Assembly: GCA_965153285.1 (NCBI GenBank)
Contig: OZ229111.1
Strand: one strand, 5' to 3'
Origin: Podarcis tiliguerta
Lineage: Eukaryota
Length of the DNA: 64,000 bases
How positions within the stretch are numbered: the stretch's first letter is position 1; each line of letters begins with the position of its first letter. Positions 49,942 through 62,019 of this stretch are shown one piece after another. The notes under the pieces are model-generated. The model ran no database searches and was not told the DNA's origin. It worked only from the letters and a program-made list of their open reading frames with translations. Position numbers and translations under genes: made by a program.

Positions 49942-50214
49942 AGAAGAAGAAGAAGAGGAGGAGGAGGAGGAGGAGGAGGAGGAGGAGGAGGAGTTTGGAT
50001 TTGATATCCCACTTTATCACTAACCCTAAGGAGTGGCTAACATTCTCCTTTCCCTTCCTCCTCCACAACAAACACTCTGTGAGGTGAATGAGGCTGAGAG
50101 ACTTCAAGAAGTGTGACTAGCCCAAGGTCACCCAGCAGCTGCATGTGGAGGAGCGGAGATGCGAACCCGGTTCACCAGATTACGAGACTACCGCTCTTAA
50201 CCACTACACCACAC
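49942..50214 (-). mobile_element. Squam3-type tRNA SINE with (CTC/CTT)n tail
   Basis: Minus strand gtgtggtgtagtggttaagagcggtagtctcgtaatctggtgaaccgggttcgc...gggtgaccttgggctagtcacac...gatatcaaatccaaactc(ctc)n(ttc)n. The family name is from memory. Confidence 0.85.
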
Positions 50215-51211
50215 AGATTTATGGGGAGAGGAAAGGGAGGGAAAGTCTTGTTGCATGATTACACCTTGTTCCTCATGCTCGTACCTCCCTGTTTAGCACT
50301 ACAGTGAATTCTACCCAATAAATATTATAGTAATAAAATAGATAGCAATCCTAAAGTTTCCATGTGGGGATCTGCGTTTGATCTAGTTTTTCTTTCTACA
50401 CACCTAAAGGTGAAATAGCACTATAATATTTGCAATGTTTGATAAATCCCTGCCAGTCACAACTGTATTTAGTTTGCATTGGGAGAGATATGAATTACAG
50501 AAAATGTCAGAATTATAAATGTCTGTGCAAAATACCAAATGGCTCCAGTAATTCCAATTACGTGCCCAAGTCAGGTCAACCTTGGCATCATCTCTAGGAA
50601 GAGATGCTCAGTTTTGGCAAACTTTAAATACGAAACCTGACAGATCAAAATAAATAAATCAATAAATAAACCAGCCATCTCTTCTGCTAGATTCTGCATT
50701 TATTTCTTCAGAGCTGATAAATTTAAGGCAAAAAGAAAAAGAAAAAAGAAAAAGGGAAAGCTGAATGCTCAATAGCTTCATGAGACTAATTATGATAAAC
50801 AGCCCCATCGCAGTTAATATCCGGCCATTAATTCCCAGATGGAGCTGTGGAAAATGTCAGGATTGGAAATGTCAGCTCTTTAAGAGGACCTGGCAGCCAC
50901 TGAAGTGGGGACTGAAGCCTCAGCCTGATATTAGGAAGGGAAGGACAGAGGCACAATTCAGGACAGAGGCAATAAATGGGAGCTGTGCAACTAAGCAGCA
51001 TCTTCCCACTGGGGGTATATGTATCTATTCGCTTTAAAACGGCGCATACGCTCCATTTCTCCTAAGAACAGAATCCATAGTGGCTAGTCACATAATATTA
51101 AAACATAATAAAATAACCAATAACATTTTTAATTAAATGTTATTTTTTTAAAAAATTCCCACTACCACAATTTAAAAAGCAGCCGGGAAAACATTTAATG
51201 TAACATGAGGA

Positions 51212-51352
51212 GCCCCCAGTGGCACAATGGGTCAGTGCATCTGGCTGTTAACTGGAGGTTTGGTGGTTCGAACCCACCTAGGGACGGATGTGGTCAGGAT
51301 TCCCACATTGCACTGATCCTTTCCAGCTCTACAACTCTATAATTCGATGATT
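51212..51352 (+). mobile_element. tRNA-Asn-derived SINE with CR1-type 3' tail
   Basis: 51212-51286 is collinear with vertebrate tRNA-Asn(GTT) (gtggcacaatgggtcagtgcatctggctgttaac...ggtggttcgaacccacctagggacg). It is followed by ggattcccacattgca...ttccagctctacaactctataattcgatgatt, resembling the CR1 tail at 4317-4380. Confidence 0.7.
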
Positions 51353-51817
51353 TAAAACACTAATAAAGGCAGAGTGAGAACACTGCAACAAATGAAATTC
51401 CCTCCAAAGAAGAAAGTATGCAAGTGAACAGGACGGGCTTGCCTGATGCTCAAAATGCAGGTGACATGTGGATCTCTTTTTGGGATGGAGTTCTGTTGCC
51501 AGAGTATGATAGAAATGACTCTCTCCCCTTTTGGCACTTGTCTGATGTCTGCAGGTAGAGTCACTGGGGAAGAGGCAGTGATGACCGTCTCAAACGTTGG
51601 GTGCTCTCATGTGGGACAAGGTTCTTCTTGACCGAGTGTTAGGCCTTGGTCAACCTCCAAGACAAGCTGTAGATGGAGGCTCTGGTTCTGGTATCCCCCT
51701 CTGAATGAAGGGGGATCTGTACGGCTCTTCAGTGGGACATGTCACAAGGAACCAGGTTTGGAGCAACCATGATATAGAGCTAGCTCCTCAGGTCACCTGG
51801 GCTGGCTGAACTGATGA

Positions 51818-51889
51818 ACCCCCGAGTGGCTGGGGAAACCCAGCCAGATGGGCGTGGTGTAAGTAATAAAAATGGTGTTGTTGTTGTTG

Positions 51890-51924
<35 letters not shown>

Positions 51925-51937
51925 ACTACTACTACTA
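51818..51937 (+). mobile_element. L2 LINE 3' tail plus (GTT)/(GCT)/(ACT)n microsatellite
   Basis: ccgagtggctggggaaacccagccagatgggcgtggtgtaagtaataaa followed by a compound trinucleotide run. Confidence 0.7.
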
Positions 51938-52138
51938 CTTTACCATCTCTGGCCAATGTATGGGTAGTGCTCCAGCACAGAAAAGGTTGGACCAGTGGTG
52001 GCTCCTTTAGGTTGTGTGCTAGCTTGGTGTTGTAGAGAGCAAGTCAGCTGGGCCCTGTTTGACCCTGGTGGTACCTTACATTAGTGCTTGAAAGGTCCAA
52101 TGGAGTAGGCAGTGCTGGTTGGTAGCTAATCCAGTGTA

Positions 52139-52368
52139 CATTGGTGCCTCGGGTTATGAACAGTTCTGCTTACAAACGCTTCAGGTTATGAACTCCACAA
52201 ACCCAGAAGTAGATGTTCTGGGTTGCGAACTTTGCCTCAGGATACAAACACAATCTGCTTCCGGGGCCACGGGAGGCCTATGTAGGGAATGCGCGCCTTG
52301 GGTTAAGAACGCTTTGGGTTAAGAACGGACTTCTGGAACAAATTAAGTTTGAACCTGAGGTACCACTG
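52139..52368. mobile_element. Tc1/mariner (Tigger-like) MITE
   Basis: TA|cattggtgcctcgggtt ... aacctgaggtaccactg|TA; same family as 41623-41771. Confidence 0.85.
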
Positions 52369-53134
52369 TAATGGGCCTGGATAGCAAAATGCTGTTTTTT
52401 GAAGGATTGAAATGCCTAGGCCTCAATCAGTCAGTGTCGCTGACTCAGAAAAGCAATCAGGACTGGCCTAGTGTGAGCTTTTGTTCTGCGGATATTTGAA
52501 AGGTGGAAAGGGAACCTTTCCTCTCCATATCCTCCTGCTGATTGCATGGAAATCAGATGTCAGAAAGGTGAGTGAGGATTTGTGTTGATGTACACTGATT
52601 ATGTTATGCCTAAGGAAAGCATCAAAGCGAGACGACCAGTTTTTGATGGCGTTTGGGCAGAATACTTCTGATCTGCCTAGTGTCACTCCCTCACGAAGAG
52701 AAGCAGATTCTGTTTACAGAAACAGCTCTTGCTCTCTGAAAGCACTGTGAGAGACAGAAAAGCAACAGGAGCAAGAAATGAGAGAAGCTGCACATGAGCA
52801 GTGTTCTCCTTTCCACATGATCCTTAAAGATACAAGATCCCCTTTGAAGGTGCAGGATCCACATACATCAAAGGGAGAATTTCTGCCAGGTGAAGCTTTT
52901 ATAACTACAGTGGAACTACCAAGAGGGCCCTCAAGAGGGTCTGTAGGGAAGGAAGTGAGCTTCCGGGTATTTTCGGCTTGAGTCATTCAGGGTTTAAACA
53001 CTAATGTGAGCGCCTTGAATGGGTCCCAGAAACAAACTGGCAGCCAGCACAGCTCTGTTTAAAATGAGTTATATGGGATCTAAATGGAACCCCAGCCAGT
53101 AACCTGAGGCTGCATTTTGGACTAATTGAAGTTT

Positions 53135-53315
53135 CTAAGTCATCTTGAAGGGCAGCTCCACATAGCAATAACCCAATCTGGAAGTTACCAGAGCATGGAG
53201 TACAGTGGCCAAGCCATTCCTATCCAAAAGGGGCCACAGCTGGCAGACCAGCTGGAAAAGGGCATTGCTAACCACCAAGGCCACCTGAGCCTCTAGTGAC
53301 AGTGTTGAATCCAGC
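53135..53315 (-). mobile_element. L2 LINE ORF2 fragment
   Basis: LDSTLSLEAQV...LATVLHALVTSRLGYC..LP.K is an L2 RT C-terminal motif. Confidence 0.8.
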
Positions 53316-54043
53316 TGGGTGGTGAACAGGATGAAGATTTGAACATCCCTCCTTCTGCCTGCCACTTCTCTGCTTCAAACTGTGCCCTCCCCACACCGCT
53401 ATTTGGATGTTTGGTGATGAGCTGGGTTCCTAAACCTGGATTTCCTCAAGACGTATTCTCAGACAATCAGAGGGATTAGGCATGCTGAGGGAAGAAATCA
53501 GCGCTCGGTAATTCAGCAGCAAGGCAGGCACAGAAACACACAAGATGCAGACAGGAAACACACAGAGAAGCATCCGATGCAGAGGCAACAGTCGTGGACC
53601 TTCAGGGCATTACATTTCCCTTTAGCGGAACAGTTCAAGCAAGAGAGCTAGAGTCAAAGAACATGAAGTTAACAAGAGATAATCACTCTTCATTGCTTGC
53701 ACCTTGCCCAGTTCCTTGTTAGCACCATTCCTGACCCAGAGGTTCCTGCCACAAATCCACCTGATGCCTGAGCTTCTGCTTGGGGTGGATTAGCAGGAGT
53801 TCTGCTGTTTTGACTTACGAGCTTGGCAATTCAGGAAGCAGGCATCTCTGTTTATTGGTGCGCAGTTGGTGGCACGTATCACAATTGTACACAGGCACCT
53901 CAGATGGACACCTCATCAAACGAAATGCATGATTTGACAAGGGTGGGAGGTGACCTGCTTCTTCCCAGTCTTAGAGTTGAGAGGGACTCATTTGATTCAT
54001 CCCCCCTCTCGGTGCAGGACTTGCAATACAGGATTCAGCCACA

Positions 54044-54182
54044 GCAGGGGTAGGAAACCAGTGGTCCTCCAGAAGTTGTTGGACTACAACTCCCACCGTT
54101 TCTATCCACTGGCCATGCTGGCTGAGGCTGATGTGAGTTGGAGTCCAACAATGCTTTGAGGACCATAGGTTCCCCACTCCTG
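54044..54182. mobile_element. Short palindromic hAT MITE (related copies near 3895-3985, 22880-23020, 45670-45790, 56755-56850)
   Basis: caggggtaggaaacc...gttggactacaactccca...gagttggagtccaaca...ggttccccactcctg. Confidence 0.7.
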
Positions 54183-54585
54183 AACTACAGCATCTCTGGC
54201 AGCTAAGTATCCAGCCTGTTTCAATGCCATCCACCTGCTGCAGTCAGTTCCTCTGTCAAACAGCTTTTGCCCTTAGGAAAAACTCCCTAACATGCTGATC
54301 ACTCTTGCACCTGGAAATGGTCTGTGGCAGCCGTTGCAGTTCTCTGACACCCTCTATTGTGCCTTTATTTAGGCATGGCTTATGGGGGGTATGGAGGGTG
54401 AGAAAAGCTCTAACAAGATGCCCTCGGACATCTGTCAAAAGAAAAGAGGCACACTTGTTCTATGGGAGTGTAGCTCCTCATAGTGGGGGAGAAAGCAAGT
54501 GATGTGAACAAGCCAATTCCATGGTGGTTGCTGGTAAACTAAATCAAAGCCCTTGGGCAGGCTTTGCTTCAAATTGTGCATGGCT

Positions 54586-54668
54586 GTTGTTGTTATTGTT
54601 TAGTTGTTTAGTCGTGTCTGACTCTTCGTGACCCCATGGACCAGAGCATGCCAGGCACTCCTGTCTTC
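54586..54668 (-). mobile_element. Extremely truncated BovB 3' end (83 bp)
   Basis: BovB terminal sequence with (CAA)n tail and a perfect 10-bp TSD gtgcatggct (54576-54585, 54669-54678). Confidence 0.9.
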
Positions 54669-54803
54669 GTGCATGGCTCTACCATATATTTATTTGTTGA
54701 TTTACTGATAGGACAGGCTTCTTTAGTGTTTTTCAGCATATCATTTTGTAAAAAAGAAGTTACTGAGCCCTAACCATTTTTGTAGCAAAGTTTTCAGCAA
54801 CAG

Positions 54804-54935
54804 NNNNNNNNNNNNNNNNNNNNNNNNNNNNNNNNNNNNNNNNNNNNNNNNNNNNNNNNNNNNNNNNNNNNNNNNNNNNNNNNNNNNNNNNNNNNNNNNN
54901 NNNNNNNNNNNNNNNNNNNNNNNNNNNNNNNNNNN
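54804..54935. other. Assembly gap (132 N)
   Basis: Run of N. Confidence 1.
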
Positions 54936-55699
54936 AATAGGATCATTTTGGAGGACGAGCTCTAGTGTTAGGCATGCAAAGGAAGAATAGTCTCCTGCTG
55001 GTTCACCATTTACTGTTGGTTGGGAAACAGGTAACAACCAAGGATGGGGCTTATTCACCGCATGCAGTCTCTACGATGTGCCCTCAGCTGAATCCATGCT
55101 GGTCTCCTGCTTGATTTTTTTTCTGTGCAACAGAAAAGAACCAGAGCAGGAATAACTCAGGGCCCATTGCCTGCGTGAAGAAAGGTGGATAGTTGGCAGA
55201 AAGTTCCCTCCCGTGACTCATCATACTTTTTCAGAGAACTCATTCAAAACTTCCAGTTTGGCTCTAAAGTGACAAGCCAGGAGCTAGAGGACAGTTACCA
55301 CTGCAGTGTCATCTTCTGTTCCACAGTACAGGAGAAGGGAATGCCAGGCTACTACACATTAGCCACTTAAAACACAACAAGGTCGCCTTCCAACACACAC
55401 TGCATTCTAAGTCCCATTTAGATGCTGCTGTACACACCAGAGGGAGGGCAGGGATGTATTTATCCAATGCACAGGACCTGTTTGGTTTCTGCAATGCTCC
55501 CAAACTACTATTCATGAAGGTGTCACCTGTACATGTACAATGACTGTCTCAAATGGACACACCTCAAGTTAACTGTGAAGCGAATGTGACCTAAGTTTTC
55601 AATTCAGATTGAAGCTGGTTTGAGGGGGAAACACACTAAACAGCAGTATTTCTGAAGAAATCACAGGACAGCACTGCATTGTGGATAATGGTGGGTGTA

Positions 55700-55959
55700 A
55701 AGGTAAAGGGACCCCTGACCATTAGGTCCAGCTGCGGATGACTCTGGGTTGCGGCGCTCATCTCGCTTTACTGGCCGAGGGAGCCGACGTTTGTCTGCAG
55801 ACATTTTTTCTGGGTCATGTGGCCAGCATGACTAAGCCGCTTCTGGCGAAACCAGAGCAGCGCACAGAAACGCTGTTTACTGTCCCGCTGGAGCGGTACC
55901 TATTTATCTACTTGCACTTCATGCTTTCGAACTGCTAGGTTGGCAGGAGCAGGGACCAA
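55700..55959 (-). mobile_element. Sauria SINE, 5'-truncated
   Basis: Same body and tail as the other copies; TSD g(t/c)gggtgta. Confidence 0.9.
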
Positions 55960-56114
55960 GCGGGTGTACATGCATCGAAAAGCCAGTTTCAGGTTGATGT
56001 GGACCATGACTATGTAGGCAGAGTGTTGATAGCTCACAAGTCAAGCACCAGCACATAAATCCATAAGCCCATGTTTAAAAATAAGCAGTACCGTAATTAC
56101 CAGCAGGATTATAA

Positions 56115-56338
56115 TCTATGCTAGGGGCTAGGCCTAGGAGACCAGGGTTCAAATCTCCGCTTGGCCATAAAACTCATTGGGTGACCTTGGACTAGACACT
56201 TGCCTCTCAACCTGATCTACCTCACAGGATTGTTGTGGGGATTAAGTAAGGAGGACGGAGAACCACCTATGCCACCTTAAGCTGCTTGGAGAGAAAAGTG
56301 GTGATATAAATGCATATAAATAAATAAATAAATAAATG
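56115..56338 (+). mobile_element. CORE/MIR-like SINE with (TAAA)n tail
   Basis: gagaccagggttcaaatc...gggtgaccttgg...ctacctcacaggattgttgtggggatta...(taaa)n. Confidence 0.75.
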
Positions 56339-58084
56339 TTGAAGGGCCTCAGAAATAGAAATTTCAGCATGCTGTTATCAAAGCTACTGTTACAAGACGG
56401 GCAAGGCCATAAGCAGGCAGACAAACAAAGCAACTGTTATAAGACAGGGAAGGCCATAGCAGGCAGACATACAAAGAATGAGTAAATTAAGAAGTGTTAA
56501 CCTTCAAAAGGAGAAACATGGAATGTTAGAGCCTGATTGGATAAGAATGTAAAGTTTCACTCTCTGTTTTTTTGTATAGTCTATAAAAAGTGGGCACACC
56601 CTGACTGGGGTGTGCAGATTGTGAGCTTATGGCGCTGTGCCTTTGTCCTGCATATGCATTTCAAATAAATCTTTTTGAATCCTGCAAGGTTGATTGCCAC
56701 TTTGTGTGAATCTGTGCTCCGGGGACCCAATAGCAGATATGGAACAGGTCCAACAATGTGGACCACAACTCCCATCAGCCCTAGCCAGTATGGTTGAGGG
56801 TCATATATGATGGGAGTTGTGTTCCATAACACCTGGTGGGCACCACGTTGTCTATGTCTGATCTAAGGGATCTGGGAAATGGAAGGCAAAACGTTGATGC
56901 AAATCAAGTGGGGAGAAGGAGCATGGCCTTTTTGCTTCCCTCTCCCATGTCACAGGCAACTATACAGGTTACCTAGCCCTGATGTCATGATTTCAGCTAG
57001 AGAAAGATGATTTTTAATTAGAAGGAACACAGCGTAACGTCTATAAATAGCTTCCTCTTGCTACCCACAAAACACTAGACTATTTTTATAATGCCACATT
57101 TTGAAATATGATTAAGTGATTTGTCAGATATATTTTAAGGCTGTTGCCATAACATGTGATATTTACTCCAGATCGACACAACATCATGTGGCTAAGGAGG
57201 TGGGCGTAGCGACAGAAATGGAAGGCCCGCTACTCAACAGCCCAGGCGATCACACACACCTCTGCAGAGAGAAGCATTGGTGGGACCTAAAATGTCATCC
57301 TTCCCGTTTGGTACAGCTTCACTCCTACTACATCAATATAAATGGAGACACAAGACCGTGACAATGTTACCCAGAATGTCAGCATGTACATTTTAAAGCA
57401 CGTGGTATTAGATGGCAAACAGCCAATTTCTATTTGATCTTCTTTCTGCAGCTTTTGAGAATCGCTGAAAGCTCTTCTGTATTTTCAGTTATATTTTGGA
57501 TGGGGGTTGATAAAACACCTATATGGGGTGGGGGGTTTCCTATTCATGCGATATCGAACTCCCCTGTTCTGTCAGCGCAAGGATCTCCGGTTGTGCAACT
57601 GTATGTGCCCACATTCCTCTTCAAATCTGTTCCAGAGAGTTGGGGGAACCCTAAGAGTAGATTTAGGCAAGATGCATGTGAAGAGGAGAGGGGGGGGGGA
57701 CATTCTGTTGTGCAAATGGAAATCCTTGCGTTGACAGAATGAGGGAGCTAGCCCCATTTGGTCACAAAATCTGGGCTAAATGCTACACAAAAATACTGAG
57801 GTATTACATCACTTCCAAATGCATGTAATCTGAAATTTTTAAATTGTGGAGGTTGCATACAAAGTTTCATTTTATAAGCTTTTACTTTTTTTTTTTTTTG
57901 GTATCCTTGTATTTCATCTTTGTATTTATGGTAAAATCAAATTCCATTCCTTTAACGTTGCTGTATAAATATGGCAAATGCATTTTTTGGCACTATAGCT
58001 TTATAACAAGGGGGAGGGAAATACAGTATATTATTTGTTTTCTCTTTTTTTACTGTGACTTTTGTGTTGTTTTAGAGCTCTGAC

Positions 58085-58406
58085 CAGGGCCAGATTTGGT
58101 TCTGATGAGGCTCTAAGCTACTGAAGGTAATGGGGCCCTTTATATGTCCAGCTGTCCTTTGTCAACAACAAATTGTTGCTGTTTTTTGTGTTGAATATAT
58201 GCTATATGGTAATTTATGACCTTAATAGGTATCTAAAGCCATTTGCACATAGCAAAATATGTACTTTATCAAAGTAATTGCTGAACTTATCTTATATTTT
58301 GGAAATGTACGTCCAGGTTTTTTCTTCCTTTAATTTTCCTGGGGAACCCCAAGAGAATGGGGCCCTAAGCTATAGCTTGTTTAGCTTATACGTAAATCCA
58401 GCACTG
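58085..58406. mobile_element. Non-autonomous hAT element
   Basis: TIRs cagggccagattt / aaatccagcactg with a perfect 8-bp TSD gctctgac (58077-58084, 58407-58414). Confidence 0.88.
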
Positions 58407-59756
58407 GCTCTGACAGTGGAGGAGGAATGGGCTCCAAGCGTGGAAGGACAGTCTTCTCTGCTTGCAAACCTGTTTTCCTACCTAATATCCTATGGCTCCT
58501 TGGACTCAAGGATTGGGCCTAGAAAGGCCTTGCCTATTGGTTGCTCCTTGCTTGATCTCAGACAGCAGAAGCATTTGGAGAAGGGCCTCTTAATGCACAT
58601 ACAGGTTCCTGTGTAGGCATGTTGAACTTTGAAAGATACTATCTATATCTTACCTTTCTCACACCTGGCATCACATACAATGTAAGGTGTGGGGAATGTG
58701 GCTGTGCTTTGGGGGACATGGCCTCATGGGTCAAAATGGGAGCCATGCTGGCCCTAATCTGGCCCATGGCCAGAGGTCCCCTACCCCTGGGTCATGACCC
58801 ACAATGGTGCCATTATTAGACTATTAATTCAGAATAAACTATTTTAAGACTCTCATTTAGTAGAATTACATGGCTAGTAATGAAGGGGGAAACCCAGTCC
58901 CTTTTGGAGAAAAATAATGAATAGCCACAGCCTGTTGGTACTTGTGGATCTTTTCAGGGTCCACTTGAGGCTCATGTCTTGTGGGACATTATGTTTCAGA
59001 TCTCTGTAAAGGCTGAAGGGTATGGAGACCAAATCAAACGCGCAGACACTTATTTGCCTGTCAATCACAAAACTGTCTGGTCTGCCATGGCTCAGTAGCT
59101 TCTTGAACTCCCTGCTAGTTAAACTTCTATGCTTTAATCTTCTGACTCACTGAAGCATTTTGTCTCAAGCCTTGAAACACACAGTAAAAATTAGATGAGA
59201 TGAACCACAAAGACAGAGAAGGCTTGCTGTGAATTCAGGCTTTGAAGGGCCTTGGAATAAATCACCTAGGTTTTCCACAGGGAATATACTCAGCTGGGGT
59301 TCATCTTACCATCCTTTACTACCTTTCAGGAGGGGAATCTATTTCAGGTTGCATTGAAAGTGAGAGAATTACAGAAAGTAAAGGCACTGCGCAGTCTCTT
59401 ATATGTTATGCTCTTGCTAAGTAGAAAGAAATGCTTGCGGGATTCATAGGGAACGTTCAGGTCAACAGTTCAGCTCGGAAAGTTTCAGACACTAGGTAAA
59501 ACTTATCTGACACTGGGGAGCTAATCACAACATTAGTGTGCACTAAACAGTGACCCTGAGTCCTTGGAAGGATGCTTGCCTACAACAAGCTTTTGCACTC
59601 CTGATCTCAGGTGCAGCTTCCCTTTCACTGTAGGAAAGCTGGGTATTTTCTTCTTTGCTAGTTTCGTTAAGACAATCACTTCACTTTCTGATTCATGGCC
59701 ACTGAGGGAGGCCCCAGAAGAAGATGGTCATTGCCTGTGGTTCATTGGGTAATCTC

Positions 59757-59775
59757 CACTGCCCCCTTGTGGCCA
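59757..59775 (-). promoter_or_regulatory. Candidate CTCF binding site
   Basis: Minus strand reads TGGCCACAAGGGGGCAGTG against the CTCF consensus TGGCCACCAGGGGGCGCTA; the core is intact. Confidence 0.55.
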
Positions 59776-60417
59776 AGCTGCTGGCCCCTGTTTATCAGCA
59801 TATCAAAACTATTTACAGTATTTACTAATACTAGTTGGCGGCCGACCGTGGGATTCAGAAGCTATTCATTAACAAACACTGCCATGCCTAGGTTAAAATC
59901 ACAAAGGACTCAGATTTGTTTTATTTCTTAATTATTATTATTTTCCAATTTGCATCAGTTGATACTGAAGCTGAACCTTTAGACACATTTTGGGTTGTAT
60001 ACAAAGGCAAACAGTATTATTATTATTTTTAAAAAGAAAACAAAAGGGATATGTGCAGAACAATCCTATGCTGGTTTTCTCAGACACAAATTATACATTC
60101 CATAGGATTTTCCATTTTTATATATGGATACTACATTCCCAATCCACTTTGTCCAACCTTCAAAGCATAGCTCATGAAGATGTTTAATTTATTTTATTGA
60201 TGATGTGAAAGCGCTTAGAAATATTTTATAGGAAGCGATGGAATTAAACAAACAAATGTCATAACAACACTGCCATCCTGTACATGACACTCACATAGAA
60301 GTCCAATTAAATTCAGTGGGGTTTACTTTAGAGTAGGGATGTATAGAATTGTGCCTAAAGCCTTTTGTGGCTTGGGGCAAGGTGGAAGGTATTACAGTAT
60401 TACCATTACTGTTAGTA

Positions 60418-60645
60418 CAGTGGTACCTTGGTTTACAACCATAATCCGTTCTGGAGGTCTGTTTGTAAACCAAAACAGGTTATAACCCAAGGTGAGCTTT
60501 CGCCAATGGGGCCTCCAAAAAAAAATTGTTCATAATCCAAAAAACCAATGGGTTGTAATTCATAAAAAAGGTTGCAAACCGGGACGTGCACTTCTGGGTT
60601 TGACATGTTTGTAATCCAAAATGTATGCAAACCAACGTACCACTG
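60418..60645. mobile_element. Tc1/mariner (Tigger-like) MITE
   Basis: TA|cagtggtaccttggttt ... aaaccaacgtaccactg|TA. Confidence 0.88.
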
Positions 60646-60688
60646 TATTGCCTGAAGGCAAAAAACTTGCCACTGACAGCCAACACAG

Positions 60689-60689
<1 letters not shown>

Positions 60690-60732
<43 letters not shown>

Positions 60733-60755
60733 CCCATCTGGCTGGGTTTCCCCAG
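60690..60755 (-). mobile_element. L2 3' tail with (TAA)n microsatellite
   Basis: (tat)n followed by cccatctggctgggtttccccag. Confidence 0.75.
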
Positions 60756-61498
60756 ATTGTCACACACCATTAATAGGCAGTCACTGCTGCATTTATACTA
60801 TATTGTCTTTTTAAAAATCTGGAGCACAATAAAACCCTTTTGATCTATAAGGCATCTCAAGAGTTCTGCCTGCATAAGCCAAGAATACATACCTTCACCA
60901 GGTTGGGAGTCATCACCTCAGGGCCCCATCACAGTCAAACCGTTACCCAATAATCTCTAATGCCTGAAGGCTGCAATTGCACCTTCTGCCATGACTGGTG
61001 CTGGTAAATGTTTTTCAAACTCATGTTGGTAGCTTCAAGAACACTGTCCAATCATCTTGTCCTCTGTAATACTGTGGGCCAAATAGTTCAAGGTGTCTCA
61101 GGATCATTTACCAAGCCCAGGCAGTGCAGGCAGAGTGTCAGATGCTCAGTTTTTGTTTTTTTAATTTATTAAAGATCTTGGTTCACACAAAAATGTGTGT
61201 TGTCTCTCCCCCCGCCCCGGTCATTTTTTACATTTGATGTGAGATATTATACAGAGTAAGGTGGGAGAAGGGAGAGAGAGAGAGAAGGGGAAGAGGGGAT
61301 TGTGGTGGTACATTTAATATGCTTGTGGGATTTTATGCCAGTCACACATACACACACATATATGTATACATACACATACTAACATATTTCTTGGTAGTGA
61401 GGGGGGGCATGGTTGGTTATCTTTAGTTGGCTGCAGTGAGGTTTGTTGGGGGGGATTGTTGGGTCAGGTCAGCCCGGGTGCTCACTGTTCAAAAACCG

Positions 61499-61814
61499 TA
61501 AAGGTAAAGGGACCCCTGACCATTAGGTACCATCGTGGCCGACTGTGGGGTTGCGGCGCTCATCTCGCTTTATTGGCCGAGGGAGCCGGCGTACAGCTTC
61601 CAGGTCATGTGGCCAGCATGACTAAGCCGCTTCTGGCGAACCAGAGCAGCGCACGGAAATGCCGTTTACCTTCCTGCCAGAGTGGTACCTATTTATCTAC
61701 TTGCACTATGACATGCTTTCGAACTGCTAGGTTGGCAGGAGCAGGGACCGAGCAACGGGAGCTCACCCCATCACAGGGATTCGAACCACAGACCTTCTGA
61801 TCAGCAAGTCCTAG
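61499..61814 (-). mobile_element. Sauria SINE, slightly 5'-truncated
   Basis: taaaggtaaagggacccctgaccattagg...ggattcgaaccacagaccttctgatcagcaagtcctag. Confidence 0.92.
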
Positions 61815-62019
61815 AGAAGACCTAATCCATCTTCTCACATGCTCCAAATCCATTATAACCCTCCTGAGATCTACAAATTTAATTAATAATAAGCATAATA
61901 GCAATAACAAAAAAGGGAGACAACTTTGCAGCATCGTGGAGACAAGGCATCTTGCTTAGAAACATATCCACTTATTTCAAGCAAAGAGACTTCCAGCTGG
62001 GTTTTGCCTGGGCTTCTGC

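Noticed and set aside
51212-51286. Functional tRNA-Asn gene
   Set aside because: Stem mismatches and direct fusion to a CR1 tail indicate a SINE or pseudogene.
54741-55058. 105-aa ORF spanning Ns
   Set aside because: Artefact of the assembly gap.
52468-59070. Exon-like segments near 52714-52950, 55030-55530 and 58874-59010
   Set aside because: Plausible splice sites, but no consistent frame or recognisable protein. They could be lncRNA or UTR exons but cannot be supported without RNA data.
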